From Candidatus Bathyarchaeota archaeon (GTDB lineage: Archaea; Thermoproteota; Bathyarchaeia; 40CM-2-53-6), in the NCBI GenBank assembly GCA_963706285.1, contig CAVPLU010000001.1, positions 1 to 18,239 on the forward strand: 18,239 nt of DNA, in the 5' to 3' direction. Each line of letters opens with the position of its first letter. Position 1 is the stretch's first letter. Position numbers and translations under genes: made by a program. Shown in pieces: positions 1-8,679 of this stretch. The notes under the pieces were generated by a model, which was given only the letters and a program-made list of their open reading frames with translations, was not told the DNA's origin and made no database searches.

Positions 1-36
1 TCCCGCGGGCCTGATTTGAACAGGCGACAGTCCGGT

Positions 37-85
37 TTCTATTGTCCGCCTGATAGGCTGAGCGGCCCGCGCCGTGGGCACAGGT
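37..85 (-). other. tRNA-Tyr intron at canonical position 37/38 (49 nt)
   Basis: Central helix CUGU(32-35)/AUAG with bulges AG^A and AA^A. The intron-side outer helix is imperfect (relaxed BHB). Confidence 0.88.
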
Positions 86-92
86 CTACAGC

Positions 93-118
93 ATCTCCGT
101 CAGGTTATTCACCTGACT
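93..118 (-). other. tRNA-Tyr intron at non-canonical position 30/31 (26 nt)
   Basis: AGTCAGGTGAATAACCTGACGGAGAT has a 7-bp hairpin GTCAGGT/ACCTGAC, central helix CUUC/GGAG and bulges CG^A and AU^G. Removing it restores the anticodon stem TCCGG/CCGGA. Confidence 0.9.
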
Positions 119-262
119 CGGAAGCTCTACCAGGCTGAGCTACCGCGGGATCGACAGGACTCACCGAACGACCGTGAAATAAAGATTGCCGGCAACAGAT
201 TCAGTGGTAGGCTTCGCGCAGCTTTGGAAGAGGAAGTATGCGCCGCCCACAATGAACAAACT

Positions 263-718
263 TCAGAGCTTGATTGATGTCTCTTCCTTGATTGTTCTGA
301 GAACGAGCACGGTTTCGGTTCCGGCTACTCCTTCTATCTGGCCAATTCGGTCAAGTATCTGCGCCAACTGTTCCGAGGTGCTTGTTCTCATCTTGAGGAT
401 GGAATAGTATGCACCGGTTACGTCGTGGATCTCGCAGATCTCGTCAATGCTCTTCAGCTCAGCGAGCATCTTTGGGTAGGACTTTGGTTCTGCTTTGACG
501 AGTGCAAATGCGGCTACTTGCCTACCGACGCTCTGGGGGTTCACGACCGCTCTGAAGCCTTTGATAACCCCGCTCTTCTGTAGCTTCTTGACCCTGACAA
601 ATATCGTGGCCTCGCTTGTTCCAACCTCTTTGGCGATCTCCTTGAAAGAAATTCGCGCGTCTTCCTGGAGCCGATTCAGTATGGTCTTGTCGGTATCGTC
701 GAGATCAACGAACGGCAT
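263..718 (-). CDS. Lrp/AsnC family transcriptional regulator
   Basis: N-terminal HTH LDDTDKTILNRLQEDARISFKEIAKEVGTSEATIFVRVKKL..SGVIKGF, and a C-terminal RAM domain (HDVTGAY...ETVLVL); 151 aa. Confidence 0.95.
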   Translation of the reverse strand: MPFVDLDDTDKTILNRLQEDARISFKEIAKEVGTSEATIFVRVKKLQKSGVIKGFRAVVNPQSVGRQVAAFALVKAEPKSYPKMLAELKSIDEICEIHDVTGAYYSILKMRTSTSEQLAQILDRIGQIEGVAGTETVLVLRTIKEETSIKL

Positions 719-961
719 GTTGAATGGGTCGCAGGAGGAGCTATATCAAGAATTCCTACCTGATGGCCTTCAAGCAATATGAGATCACTAACGCATGCCC
801 TAAGGCTTATTAGGAATCCACATCCCCGAAGGGTTTCAATTGTGGATACGTTAGCAAATGGGCGAGAACGATATGTCGGAATGGATTGTTTTTGCCTATT
901 TGGACTGCCTCGATACTTCGGCGACAATTCCCTGGATTAAAGAAATGAACGGGTAGTTCCA

Positions 962-2434
962 TTGTCCTCACTCTATCGTGCTTCAAGACTCGGGCCCGCG
1001 CGGAAGGAGGCGAGAAGATTCGTGTCCAGCATGGAATCGGATAGGCACCTATTCGAATACGTAGTGGAGATCAATCAGGCACACATTGTCATGCTTGGAC
1101 ACGAGGGCATCCTTGCTCGCAGTCAAACGCGCAACATCCTGAAAGCACTCATGAAAATCCGCGTGATGCCTAAGTCTTCAAAGGCCGAAGATGTCCATGT
1201 AGCGATCGAGGAAGCCGTAACCAAGCGAGCTGGCAAGTCTGCGGGCGGAAACCTTCAGCTCGCAAAGAGTCGAAACGATCAGGTTGCAACCGCCATTCGA
1301 ATGCGCCTCCGAAGCGAAGTTCTCCAGATTATGGACTCACTCATCGATCTTCTAGTACAGCTACAAGGAACAATCAGAAAGAACCACAAGACCCTCTTCA
1401 TCGGCAGGACTCACCTGCAGCCTGCTGAACCAATTACTTTTGGACACTATCTGATGGCTTTCCACGACGCAATCCTCCGTGACCTTGAGAGGCTCGAGGG
1501 TTCTTACACTCGGCTGAATCTGTCGCCAATGGGCGGATGCGCTCTCGCCGGTACCAGTATTCCGATCAATCGCAGCATGGTTGCAAATCTCTTGGGGTTC
1601 GATGGTCTTGTCGACAACTCGTTAGATGCAGTCGGCTCTCGAGACTTTGCTCTGGAGTTTTTGGCCAACATGGCGGCACTGTCCGTGGACATTAGTCGAC
1701 TTGCCGAGGATTTCATTCTCTACACAATGCCTGAGGTTCATCAGCTGCTATTGCCGGATGATCTATCGTTCACGAGCAGCATCATGCCACAGAAGAAGAA
1801 TCCGGACATGATCGAACTCATACGGGCGAAGTGCGCTATTCCTATCGGCGCCTTCTCACAGACGGCAACAACGCTTCACTCCCTTCCCACGAGCTACAAC
1901 CTAGACCTACAAGAGATCACACCCAGAATCTGGACGACATCAAAAACAATGCAAGCACTAGTAGACATCGTCAAGACCATGATCTCTAGAACGAGGACCG
2001 GGGAGATTGAAACAACTCGGCCTGACCTGATCATGACCACGGCGACAGAGATTGCCAACGTGCTCGTGACTAACCTAGGAATCTCCTTCCGCAATGCTCA
2101 CCAGATTGTCGCGTCCGCGGCGCACAAGTTCTCACAAAGTGGTTCAGATCAAGCGGATCTGTGGCTACGGCTCGTTCTTCAGAAAGCACAAACGATTCCT
2201 CCAGATCGATTTGAAAAACTGAAGGCTGCACTGCTTAGAGTTGGCACGCCTGCGGCTGTTGTGATGCACAAGAGATCTGTTGGATCGCCCGCCCCAAGCG
2301 AGACCCTTAGGTTGCTGAGAGTTCGAGTCAACAAAGTTGGTCGCTTGATCAGCCGCCAACGTGTGAGGAAGAATCGGCTCGCTTTCGCGAAGGCACAGCT
2401 TCACCGACAGGTACTTCGACTAAGTAGACCGTAA
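962..2434 (+). CDS. argH: argininosuccinate lyase
   Basis: Motifs EDVH, SRNDQVAT, THLQPAEP, SPMGGCALAGT, NSLDAVGSRDF, the fumarate-lyase signature SSIMPQKKNPD, and YNLDLQE; 490 aa; TTG start. Confidence 0.95.
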   Translation: MSSLYRASRLGPARKEARRFVSSMESDRHLFEYVVEINQAHIVMLGHEGILARSQTRNILKALMKIRVMPKSSKAEDVHVAIEEAVTKRAGKSAGGNLQLAKSRNDQVATAIRMRLRSEVLQIMDSLIDLLVQLQGTIRKNHKTLFIGRTHLQPAEPITFGHYLMAFHDAILRDLERLEGSYTRLNLSPMGGCALAGTSIPINRSMVANLLGFDGLVDNSLDAVGSRDFALEFLANMAALSVDISRLAEDFILYTMPEVHQLLLPDDLSFTSSIMPQKKNPDMIELIRAKCAIPIGAFSQTATTLHSLPTSYNLDLQEITPRIWTTSKTMQALVDIVKTMISRTRTGEIETTRPDLIMTTATEIANVLVTNLGISFRNAHQIVASAAHKFSQSGSDQADLWLRLVLQKAQTIPPDRFEKLKAALLRVGTPAAVVMHKRSVGSPAPSETLRLLRVRVNKVGRLISRQRVRKNRLAFAKAQLHRQVLRLSRP

Positions 2435-2448
2435 AAGATTATTGCAGA

Positions 2449-4392
2449 TTATCTTTGGGAGAGCCCGGCTCTTTTCTTAAAGCCGGCCATTAGCGTTTCG
2501 GCAGCCTTTCTAATCTCATCGATGGACGCCTCATCTTCTATTGTCGAGTAGTCTCCCAAGGCTTGTCCCGTTATCACGGCTTTGATGAGGCGTCGCATGA
2601 TCTTCCCGCTTCTTGTCTTTGGAAGCATATCGACGAAGTCGATATCATCGACCACAACGATTTTGCCGAGTGATTTCTGAACAAGTTGCCTGAGATCCTT
2701 TCGCAATTCCTCGTTCGGGTAGTAACCAGCCTTGAGGACGACGAACGCTGCTGCGACCTCTCCTCTCACAGGGTCGGGTTTTCCTACTACGGCTGCCTCT
2801 GCGACTGAAGGGTGACCGACGAGGGTGCTCTCTATCTCGATCGTACCGATGCGGTGGCTTGCTATCTTGATGACTTCATCCATTCTGCCGAGGAACCAGA
2901 TGTATCCGTCCTCATCTCTCAGCGCGGCGTCCCCAGTGTAGTAGCAGCGTGGGATCCGTTCCCAGTAGTCCTTAACGTATCGATCATGATCCTTCCAGAG
3001 AGTCGGCGTTAGACCGGGAAAGGGACGCAGACAAACAAATGTTCCTTTCGCGTTCACGGGAAGCGACTCCCCTCTTTCGTTCACTATGTCTGCTTCGATT
3101 CCGGGCAGTGGTATTGTTGCTGAGCCGGGCTTGATTGGCAGCATAGCGATGCCCACTGGGTTTCCGACCATCGGACCGCTGCTCTCGGTCTGCCACATAT
3201 GATCGATCACCGGCACCTTATCCTTCAGCACAGTCTGCTGCAACCACTTCCAAGCTGCAGGATTCAGAACCTCGCCTGCGCACACGACGAGGTTGATTGA
3301 ACTGAGATCATATTTGGCGGGATACTCGTCACCGAACTTCATCAGGCCTCTAACGCCCGTTGGGGACATCCACATTTTGCTCACTCGGTGCTTCTCCGCG
3401 ATGCGCCACCAGACATCCGGCGTCGGATAGTCCGGAACGCCCTCGTACATGACGGTCGTGCAGCCGAAGAGTAGTGGTGCATAGATGACGTAGCTGTGAC
3501 CGACGATCCATCCGATGTCCGAGGTTGACCACCAGATGTCTTGATCACTCATTTTGTAGACCCATCTGCCCATGGCATGGATGTAGACTTGGTAACTGCC
3601 GTGAGGTTGAACCGTTCCCTTTGGCTTGGCCGTAGTGCCTGAAGTGTGAAGAATGAACGCCAGCTCGTTCGACTCCACAGAAACATAATCGCTCTTCGCG
3701 GACTTGCCAGCGTCGAGCGCTTCCTCCCAATACAGGTCTCTTCCGTTCTTCATCTGCGGGTTCTTTGGGCCTCTCTTGAGCACCACAACCTTCTCAATCG
3801 GGTTGGGTGTCTGAAGCGCCTCATCGACAACCTCTTTCAGGTTGACCTCTTTTCCTCGCCTGAACCCGACATCCGATGTAACTAGAATCTTAGAGCCCGC
3901 ATCAACAACCCGTTCCCCCAGAGCAACAGATCCGAAACCCCCGAAGACTACAGAATGAATGGCACCGATCCTAGTGGATGCGAGAATCGCTACGACCGCT
4001 TCCGGAACCATCGGCATGTAGATAGTGACTCGGTCACCTTTCTCCACACCTAGCGCTCGCAAAGCTGCTGCGAACTTCTTCACCTGATCGAACAGTTGAC
4101 TGTATGTGAGCGTTCTGCTTTCGCCGGTCTCGCCTGATTCCCAGATTATTGACGCCTTGTCTCCTCTTCCTTTGTGGAGAACGTGATAGTCCACTGCATT
4201 GTAGGAGATGTTGGTTAGGCCTCCAACGAACCACTTGAAGTCAGGATACTTCCACTCGAAAACCCGGTCCCAAGGTTTGAACCAATGAAGTTCACGGGCA
4301 GCGTCCCCCCAGAAGCCTTCCGTATCTTCTAGTGCACGTTCAAGCATCTTTCTCAGATGGAGCGGATACTCGATCCTCTGCTCTCCACCCAT
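2449..4392 (-). CDS. acs: acetate--CoA ligase (AMP-forming acetyl-CoA synthetase)
   Basis: HSVVFGGF, P-loop HTSGTTAKPKG, DIGWIVGHSY, WQTE, YYTGD, GRMDEVIK and PKTRSGKIMRR (catalytic Lys). A purine-rich GGGGTGGAG lies upstream of the ATG. Confidence 0.92.
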   Translation of the reverse strand: MGGEQRIEYPLHLRKMLERALEDTEGFWGDAARELHWFKPWDRVFEWKYPDFKWFVGGLTNISYNAVDYHVLHKGRGDKASIIWESGETGESRTLTYSQLFDQVKKFAAALRALGVEKGDRVTIYMPMVPEAVVAILASTRIGAIHSVVFGGFGSVALGERVVDAGSKILVTSDVGFRRGKEVNLKEVVDEALQTPNPIEKVVVLKRGPKNPQMKNGRDLYWEEALDAGKSAKSDYVSVESNELAFILHTSGTTAKPKGTVQPHGSYQVYIHAMGRWVYKMSDQDIWWSTSDIGWIVGHSYVIYAPLLFGCTTVMYEGVPDYPTPDVWWRIAEKHRVSKMWMSPTGVRGLMKFGDEYPAKYDLSSINLVVCAGEVLNPAAWKWLQQTVLKDKVPVIDHMWQTESSGPMVGNPVGIAMLPIKPGSATIPLPGIEADIVNERGESLPVNAKGTFVCLRPFPGLTPTLWKDHDRYVKDYWERIPRCYYTGDAALRDEDGYIWFLGRMDEVIKIASHRIGTIEIESTLVGHPSVAEAAVVGKPDPVRGEVAAAFVVLKAGYYPNEELRKDLRQLVQKSLGKIVVVDDIDFVDMLPKTRSGKIMRRLIKAVITGQALGDYSTIEDEASIDEIRKAAETLMAGFKKRAGLSQR

Positions 4393-4436
4393 AACTCCAC
4401 CCCTCAGGACACGTGAACGCGAACATTAGCATACGC

Positions 4437-4477
4437 TAAAAAAGCTTCGATGAAGCGTCGCCTCGAAACGCTAAATA
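4437..4477. promoter_or_regulatory. putative back-to-back archaeal promoters of the divergent acyl-CoA synthetase pair
   Basis: CTAAATA at 4471-4477 lies about 35 nt before ATG 4512. TTTTTTA on the minus strand at 4443-4437 lies about 45 nt before ATG 4392. A GCTTC-gat-GAAGC inverted repeat sits between them. Confidence 0.35.
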
Positions 4478-4511
4478 CTCCACGACACAGCCCTCGAATA
4501 CTAGATACGCA

Positions 4512-6443
4512 ATGTCGATCGTCTGGAAGCCCACAAGCCAGTACGTCGACAATAGCAACATGAAGAGGCTCATGCAGAAGCATAACATACGTACGCTTGA
4601 CGAGCTAACGAAACGCTCCATAAATGATATTGAATGGTTCTGGGACGCGTGCGATAAAGACCTCAATATTGAGTGGTTCAAACCATATGAGAAGATCCTC
4701 GATACCTCCAAAGGTATTGAGTGGGCTCGCTGGTTCATCGGAGGAAAACTCAACATCACACACAACTGCGTCGACCGGCACTCAGAGACGAGAAAAGAGA
4801 AGACTGCCATAATCTGGCAAGGTGAAGATGGAGAAGTCAACAAGCTCTCTTACGGAGCTCTCTGTGAGGAAGTTAACCGGTTCGCAAACGGCCTAAAGAG
4901 TCTGAACGTACGCAAGGGCGATGCTATTGGACTCTACATGCCAATGTCTCTACAAGTGCCGATTTCGATGTTCGCCGCATTCAAACTCGGCGCAATTTGC
5001 GTCCCGATCTTCTCAGGATTTGGAGCCTCGGCCGTTGCGTCAAGGCTCAATGATGTTCAGGCAAAGATCCTTGTCACATCTGATGGGACACTAAGGAAAG
5101 GCAAGAATCTGAAAGTCAAGAATGAGGCAGATGCTGCAGCCGATCTGGTCAAGAGCATCAAGCACGTTGTGGTCACCAAGCGACTTAACATCGAGGTGCC
5201 TTGGTCAAGCGCTCGCGATATTTGGTGGGATGACTTAATCAAAGACCAGCCTAGAGAATGCGAAACAGCCCACCTGGATTCTGAGGATGTATCCTTAGTT
5301 CTCTACAGCTCGGGAACCACCGGTAAACCAAAAGGGACTGTACACACCCACGCCGGGCCGCTGATTGAATGCACGAAAGATGTTGGATATCATTTTGACA
5401 CAAAAGAGGATGATGTCTTCTTCTGGGTCACGGACATAGGCTGGATGATGGGGCCGTGGATGCTTATCGGTGCGTTGAATCTCGCAAGCACCGTCCTCCT
5501 CTTCGAAGGCGCATTCGACTACCCACGCCCAGATAGACTGTGGAGGATCATTGAGGACTTCAAGGTGACAATCTTCGGAATCTCCCCCACCCTCGTTAGG
5601 TTGCTGATGAAATATGGAGATCAACATCTAGCAAGTCGCGATCTCTCAAGCCTTAGAATACTGGGATCCACCGGCGAGCCCTGGGATCCTGAATCATGGA
5701 CTTGGTTCTTCGAGAAGATCGGCGCATCAAGATGCCCAATCATCAACATATCAGGCGGCACCGAACTGATCGCGCCTCATCTCACACCATCCCCCCTCTC
5801 GCCACTGAAACCCTGCACCGTAGGAGGACCGGGCTTGGGAATGGATGTCGATGTCTTCAATGAGAAAGGAGAATCAGTACGAGGAGAGGTCGGCTACCTT
5901 GTCATGAAGAAGCCATGCCCGTCGATGACAAAGGGATTCTGGAACGATCCGCAAAGATACATCGAAACCTATTGGTCCCGATGGCCCAATATTTGGTATC
6001 ACGCTGACTGGGCACTCGTGGACAATGATGGTTTCTGGTTTGTACTTGGAAGAGCGGACGACACGATCAAAGTGTCGGGAAGACGCGTTGGACCAGCAGA
6101 GGTTGAATCCGCGCTCATGGAACACCCGAGCGTATCCGAGGCCGCGGCTATCGGCGTGCCTGATGAAGTGAAAGGCGAAGAGGTGACCTGTTTCGTGGTT
6201 CTCAAACGTAACGTCGAAATGAGCGAGAATCTCCGGGAAGCGCTCAAGGATCAGGTGGCGCGAGTCATGGGCAAAACCTTCAGACCAAGAGATGTGCGAT
6301 TCGTTCGGCAACTCCCAAAGACACGTTCAGGCAAAGTTGTGAGGAGACTGATCAGATCTCGGGTCCTTGGCAAGGCAGAGCTGGGAGATCTCTCAACACT
6401 GGACAACCCTGAAGCTCTTGATGAAATCGCGAAAGCTACGTGA
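4512..6443 (+). CDS. AMP-forming acyl-CoA synthetase (Acs paralog, acetoacetate/longer-chain-type pocket)
   Basis: YSSGTTGKPKG, DIGWMMG, GSTGEP, NISGGTE (replacing DTWWQTE), WYHAD, GRADDTIKVSG and PKTRSGKVVRR; 643 aa. Confidence 0.9.
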   Translation: MSIVWKPTSQYVDNSNMKRLMQKHNIRTLDELTKRSINDIEWFWDACDKDLNIEWFKPYEKILDTSKGIEWARWFIGGKLNITHNCVDRHSETRKEKTAIIWQGEDGEVNKLSYGALCEEVNRFANGLKSLNVRKGDAIGLYMPMSLQVPISMFAAFKLGAICVPIFSGFGASAVASRLNDVQAKILVTSDGTLRKGKNLKVKNEADAAADLVKSIKHVVVTKRLNIEVPWSSARDIWWDDLIKDQPRECETAHLDSEDVSLVLYSSGTTGKPKGTVHTHAGPLIECTKDVGYHFDTKEDDVFFWVTDIGWMMGPWMLIGALNLASTVLLFEGAFDYPRPDRLWRIIEDFKVTIFGISPTLVRLLMKYGDQHLASRDLSSLRILGSTGEPWDPESWTWFFEKIGASRCPIINISGGTELIAPHLTPSPLSPLKPCTVGGPGLGMDVDVFNEKGESVRGEVGYLVMKKPCPSMTKGFWNDPQRYIETYWSRWPNIWYHADWALVDNDGFWFVLGRADDTIKVSGRRVGPAEVESALMEHPSVSEAAAIGVPDEVKGEEVTCFVVLKRNVEMSENLREALKDQVARVMGKTFRPRDVRFVRQLPKTRSGKVVRRLIRSRVLGKAELGDLSTLDNPEALDEIAKAT

Positions 6444-6486
6444 ATGCCAACAATATGGCACTCGAGCGGTAGCCGAGACTTCAATT

Positions 6487-7615
6487 CTAGAGAGCGTTAA
6501 GCTCTGAAACAAGCTTGTCAATCTCACCTTCTGTGTTATAGAAGTGGGGCGAGATCCTTAACCCACCGCCTCTGACGGACACGACGACCCCGCGTTGCAG
6601 AAGGCGTTGAACAAGAGATTCGGGATCACGACAAGCCAAGCTTACAATACCTGATCTTGACGATTCTTCAAGCGAGCTTTTCACTTGCACACTCGTGTTC
6701 CGCTTCAGCCCATCGACCATACGGTCGACAAGAGAAAGAATCCTAGTTCGTACCGTGTCAATGCCCACTTCTTCTAGTAGCGCAATCGACTCTTTCATTC
6801 CTGCGAAACCTGGGAAATTCAGCTGACCACCTTCATACCTGCGGGCAGTGTACGCTGGCTGGAATTCTCTGAAATTGAACTCCATCGAATTCTCATCTGC
6901 TCGGTAGCCAACAATCGTTGGCCACAGCTCTTCAAAAAGCGCCTGTCTGACGTACAGGAAGCCCGTTGCGATCGGCGACAGCAACCACTTGTATCCACTC
7001 GTCGCGAGAAAATCAACTCCAAGCTCAGATATGTCAACCGGCATTTGGCCGAGAGCCTGCACTGCGTCTGTAACAACATATGCGTTGTTCTCGTGTGCGA
7101 CCCTTGAGAGCTCTTTGAGGTCTATCTTGAACCCGTTCGAGTATTGAACATAAGATATAGCTACGACTTTTGTCTTTGCATCGATTGCCGTGACAAAATC
7201 ATCCATTTCTAGTCTGCCATCACGGTTTCGCACCACTTTCAGTTGCAGACCGTAGCGCCTAGCGAGCGCTTGCCAAGGGAAGAGATTCGACGTGAACTCT
7301 AAGTCGCAAGTGACTATGTTCTGACCTTTCGTCGTATGATAGCCCATTACCAACAATTGCCAAGCCTTCTGATGTATTGTGGACTAGGGCGATTTCCTCG
7401 TCCTTTGCTCTGACTAGGGACGCGATCGACTTTCGAGTCGCCTCAGCAGCATCCTCCCACGATCCCCAATGCAAATCCCCCTCGGACTTTTCTTCTACAA
7501 CGCGTCTGGACGCCTCTATCGCTCTGGTTGGTAGTGGTCCAACAGCTGCATGGTCGAAGTACGCATACCTATTTGTGACAGGAAATTCTGAGCGAATTCG
7601 ATCGATATCCAACAC
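6487..7615 (-). CDS. class V PLP-dependent aminotransferase-fold enzyme, split by a +1 frameshift near 7330
   Basis: ORF 7259..7615 gives IRSEFP..YFDHAAVGP..NTSEGL. ORF 6487..7356 gives GQNIVTCDLEF, DAVQALG, SGYKWLL (PLP Lys), RRYEGG and LRISPHFYN. Removing one base near GACGAAAGGT joins them into about 375 aa. Confidence 0.88.
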
Positions 7616-8017
7616 GAGTCTCCGTCCAAGCTAGAATGGATACCACGCGATTTAACTCTGAACTCCAAAGAAATCCAATCTTTCCACATAGAGGTTCTTG
7701 GCGAGAAGTCTCAAAGCGGCACCTCTTTCCCGGAAGGCGGCACCTCTTTGGAGGATGGGAGTCGATTCGAACCTTCTGAATAGATTATGGCTCCTGATTC
7801 CCGTGCCGAGTTGCGCTCTTCTATGAAGTTGTTGAAGCACAAAACCCTAGGGGCCTAGCGCTTCACTCGTTTCTCTGCGTTCACTTCTGGCTGGGATGGT
7901 CGTGCACCACCAGCCTAAACACCATAGAAAGGCTGCAAAGAGATACGGCTTAACTTCGAAAGAGGAGGTGGACGTACCATACAAGAGGTAGACGAACACG
8001 TGCATCAGATATTGGGT

Positions 8018-8116
8018 CTAGTTATCGCGTTTCCACGGCTTCACTGCAACGATTGCGAGCACAGCCAGTCCTAGGGCCAAGAATAGCGCGAAAACAGCGA
8101 GTTTGTTGACTCGCAT
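8018..8116 (-). CDS. putative small single-pass membrane protein (32 aa)
   Basis: MRVNKLAVFALFLALGLAVLAIVAVKPWKRDN is a clean hydrophobic helix flanked by basic residues. The ATG at 8116 is preferred over the upstream start at 8212. Confidence 0.4.
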   Translation of the reverse strand: MRVNKLAVFALFLALGLAVLAIVAVKPWKRDN

Positions 8117-8238
8117 CACGTCGCCGTCAACAGGGACGCTAGTAGTGTAGGCGCTGGGTTTACGTAGGCCCGGATAATGCGTGGTAGCTGTCGAATGAGG
8201 CATAAAGCTCAACTCATAGCACTAGTGATTGTGAGAAC

Positions 8239-8679
8239 ATGGATTCCACTCCTACGTTGGATGACGCAATTCTCCTTGCTGCACAGAAGCATCATGGCCA
8301 GAAGGACCTGGCCGGGGCGCCATACGTAATGCACGCGCTCCGAGTCATGTTTCGCCTAAGACAAAACGACGAACGGGTCGTCGCTGTCCTACACGACCTT
8401 GTCGAAGAAACAGATGTGACTCTCGAACAGTTGAAGGAACTCGGATACCCAGATCAAATCGTCGAAGCCGTCGATCATCTGACTTGGCGTAAAGGCAAGG
8501 AATCCTATGATCAGTACATTAAGAGACTGAAGTTGAACCCGCTCGCGATAAGCGTGAAAAAGGAAGATGTCAAGGATCACTTGGCACCCGACTATGATGG
8601 GAGCGTAGGTTGGCTGGAAGAGAACCGCCAGGACCTCTACGAAAGATATCGGAAAGTCCTGATGGAGTTGTACGAATAA
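8239..8679 (+). CDS. stand-alone HD-domain hydrolase, RelA/SpoT hydrolase-like (small alarmone hydrolase/Mesh1-like)
   Basis: H-x-GQ-x-D-x-AG-x-PY-xx-H-x-LRV, AVLHDLVE, AVDHLT, ESYDQYI and VKKED match the RelA/SpoT-type HD hydrolase layout; 146 aa, no synthetase domain. Confidence 0.85.
   Translation: MDSTPTLDDAILLAAQKHHGQKDLAGAPYVMHALRVMFRLRQNDERVVAVLHDLVEETDVTLEQLKELGYPDQIVEAVDHLTWRKGKESYDQYIKRLKLNPLAISVKKEDVKDHLAPDYDGSVGWLEENRQDLYERYRKVLMELYE

Larger units (their letters stand above)
1..149 (-). tRNA. tRNA-Tyr(GUA) with two introns (30/31 and 37/38)
   Basis: After removing the two introns, the reverse complement folds as CCCGCGG TA GCTC AGCCTGGTA GAGC T TCCG|G CT GTA G|A CCGGA CTGTC GCCTG TTCAAAT CAGGC CCGCGGG A. 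All four stems pair. C1:G72 and A73 are archaeal/eukaryal Tyr identity elements. Exons are 149-119, 92-86 and 36-1. The window starts at the discriminator base, so any CCA is not visible. Confidence 0.95.

Noticed and set aside
37-85. Nested intron inside the 49-nt tRNA-Tyr intron (CCGC/GCGG helix)
   Set aside because: The flanking helices needed for a BHB motif do not pair in register.
93-118. Shared CACCTGA 7-mer between the Tyr 30/31 intron and the Arg 15/16 intron as evidence of common origin
   Set aside because: The match is too short and in opposite orientation, so it is compatible with chance.
816-847. ATCCACA/TGTGGAT inverted repeat between lrp and argH as an Lrp operator
   Set aside because: The arms are only 7 bp with an 18-nt spacer, unlike typical compact Lrp sites, and cannot be supported without comparative data.
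4436-6484. Multiple 60-145 aa ORFs within or antisense to the acyl-CoA synthetases, and similar ones over argH, the MFS gene (for example 9218..9847) and the hydrogenase genes
   Set aside because: They are shadow ORFs overlapping strongly supported genes and have no recognisable motifs.
7716-7749. CRISPR array
   Set aside because: There are only two 13-bp copies with an 8-bp gap and no cas genes. I saw no repeat-spacer array anywhere in the window.
7750-7800. GGTTCGAATC (minus strand) resembling a tRNA T-loop
   Set aside because: The flanks GAAGG/CGACT do not form a T-stem and no cloverleaf can be built.
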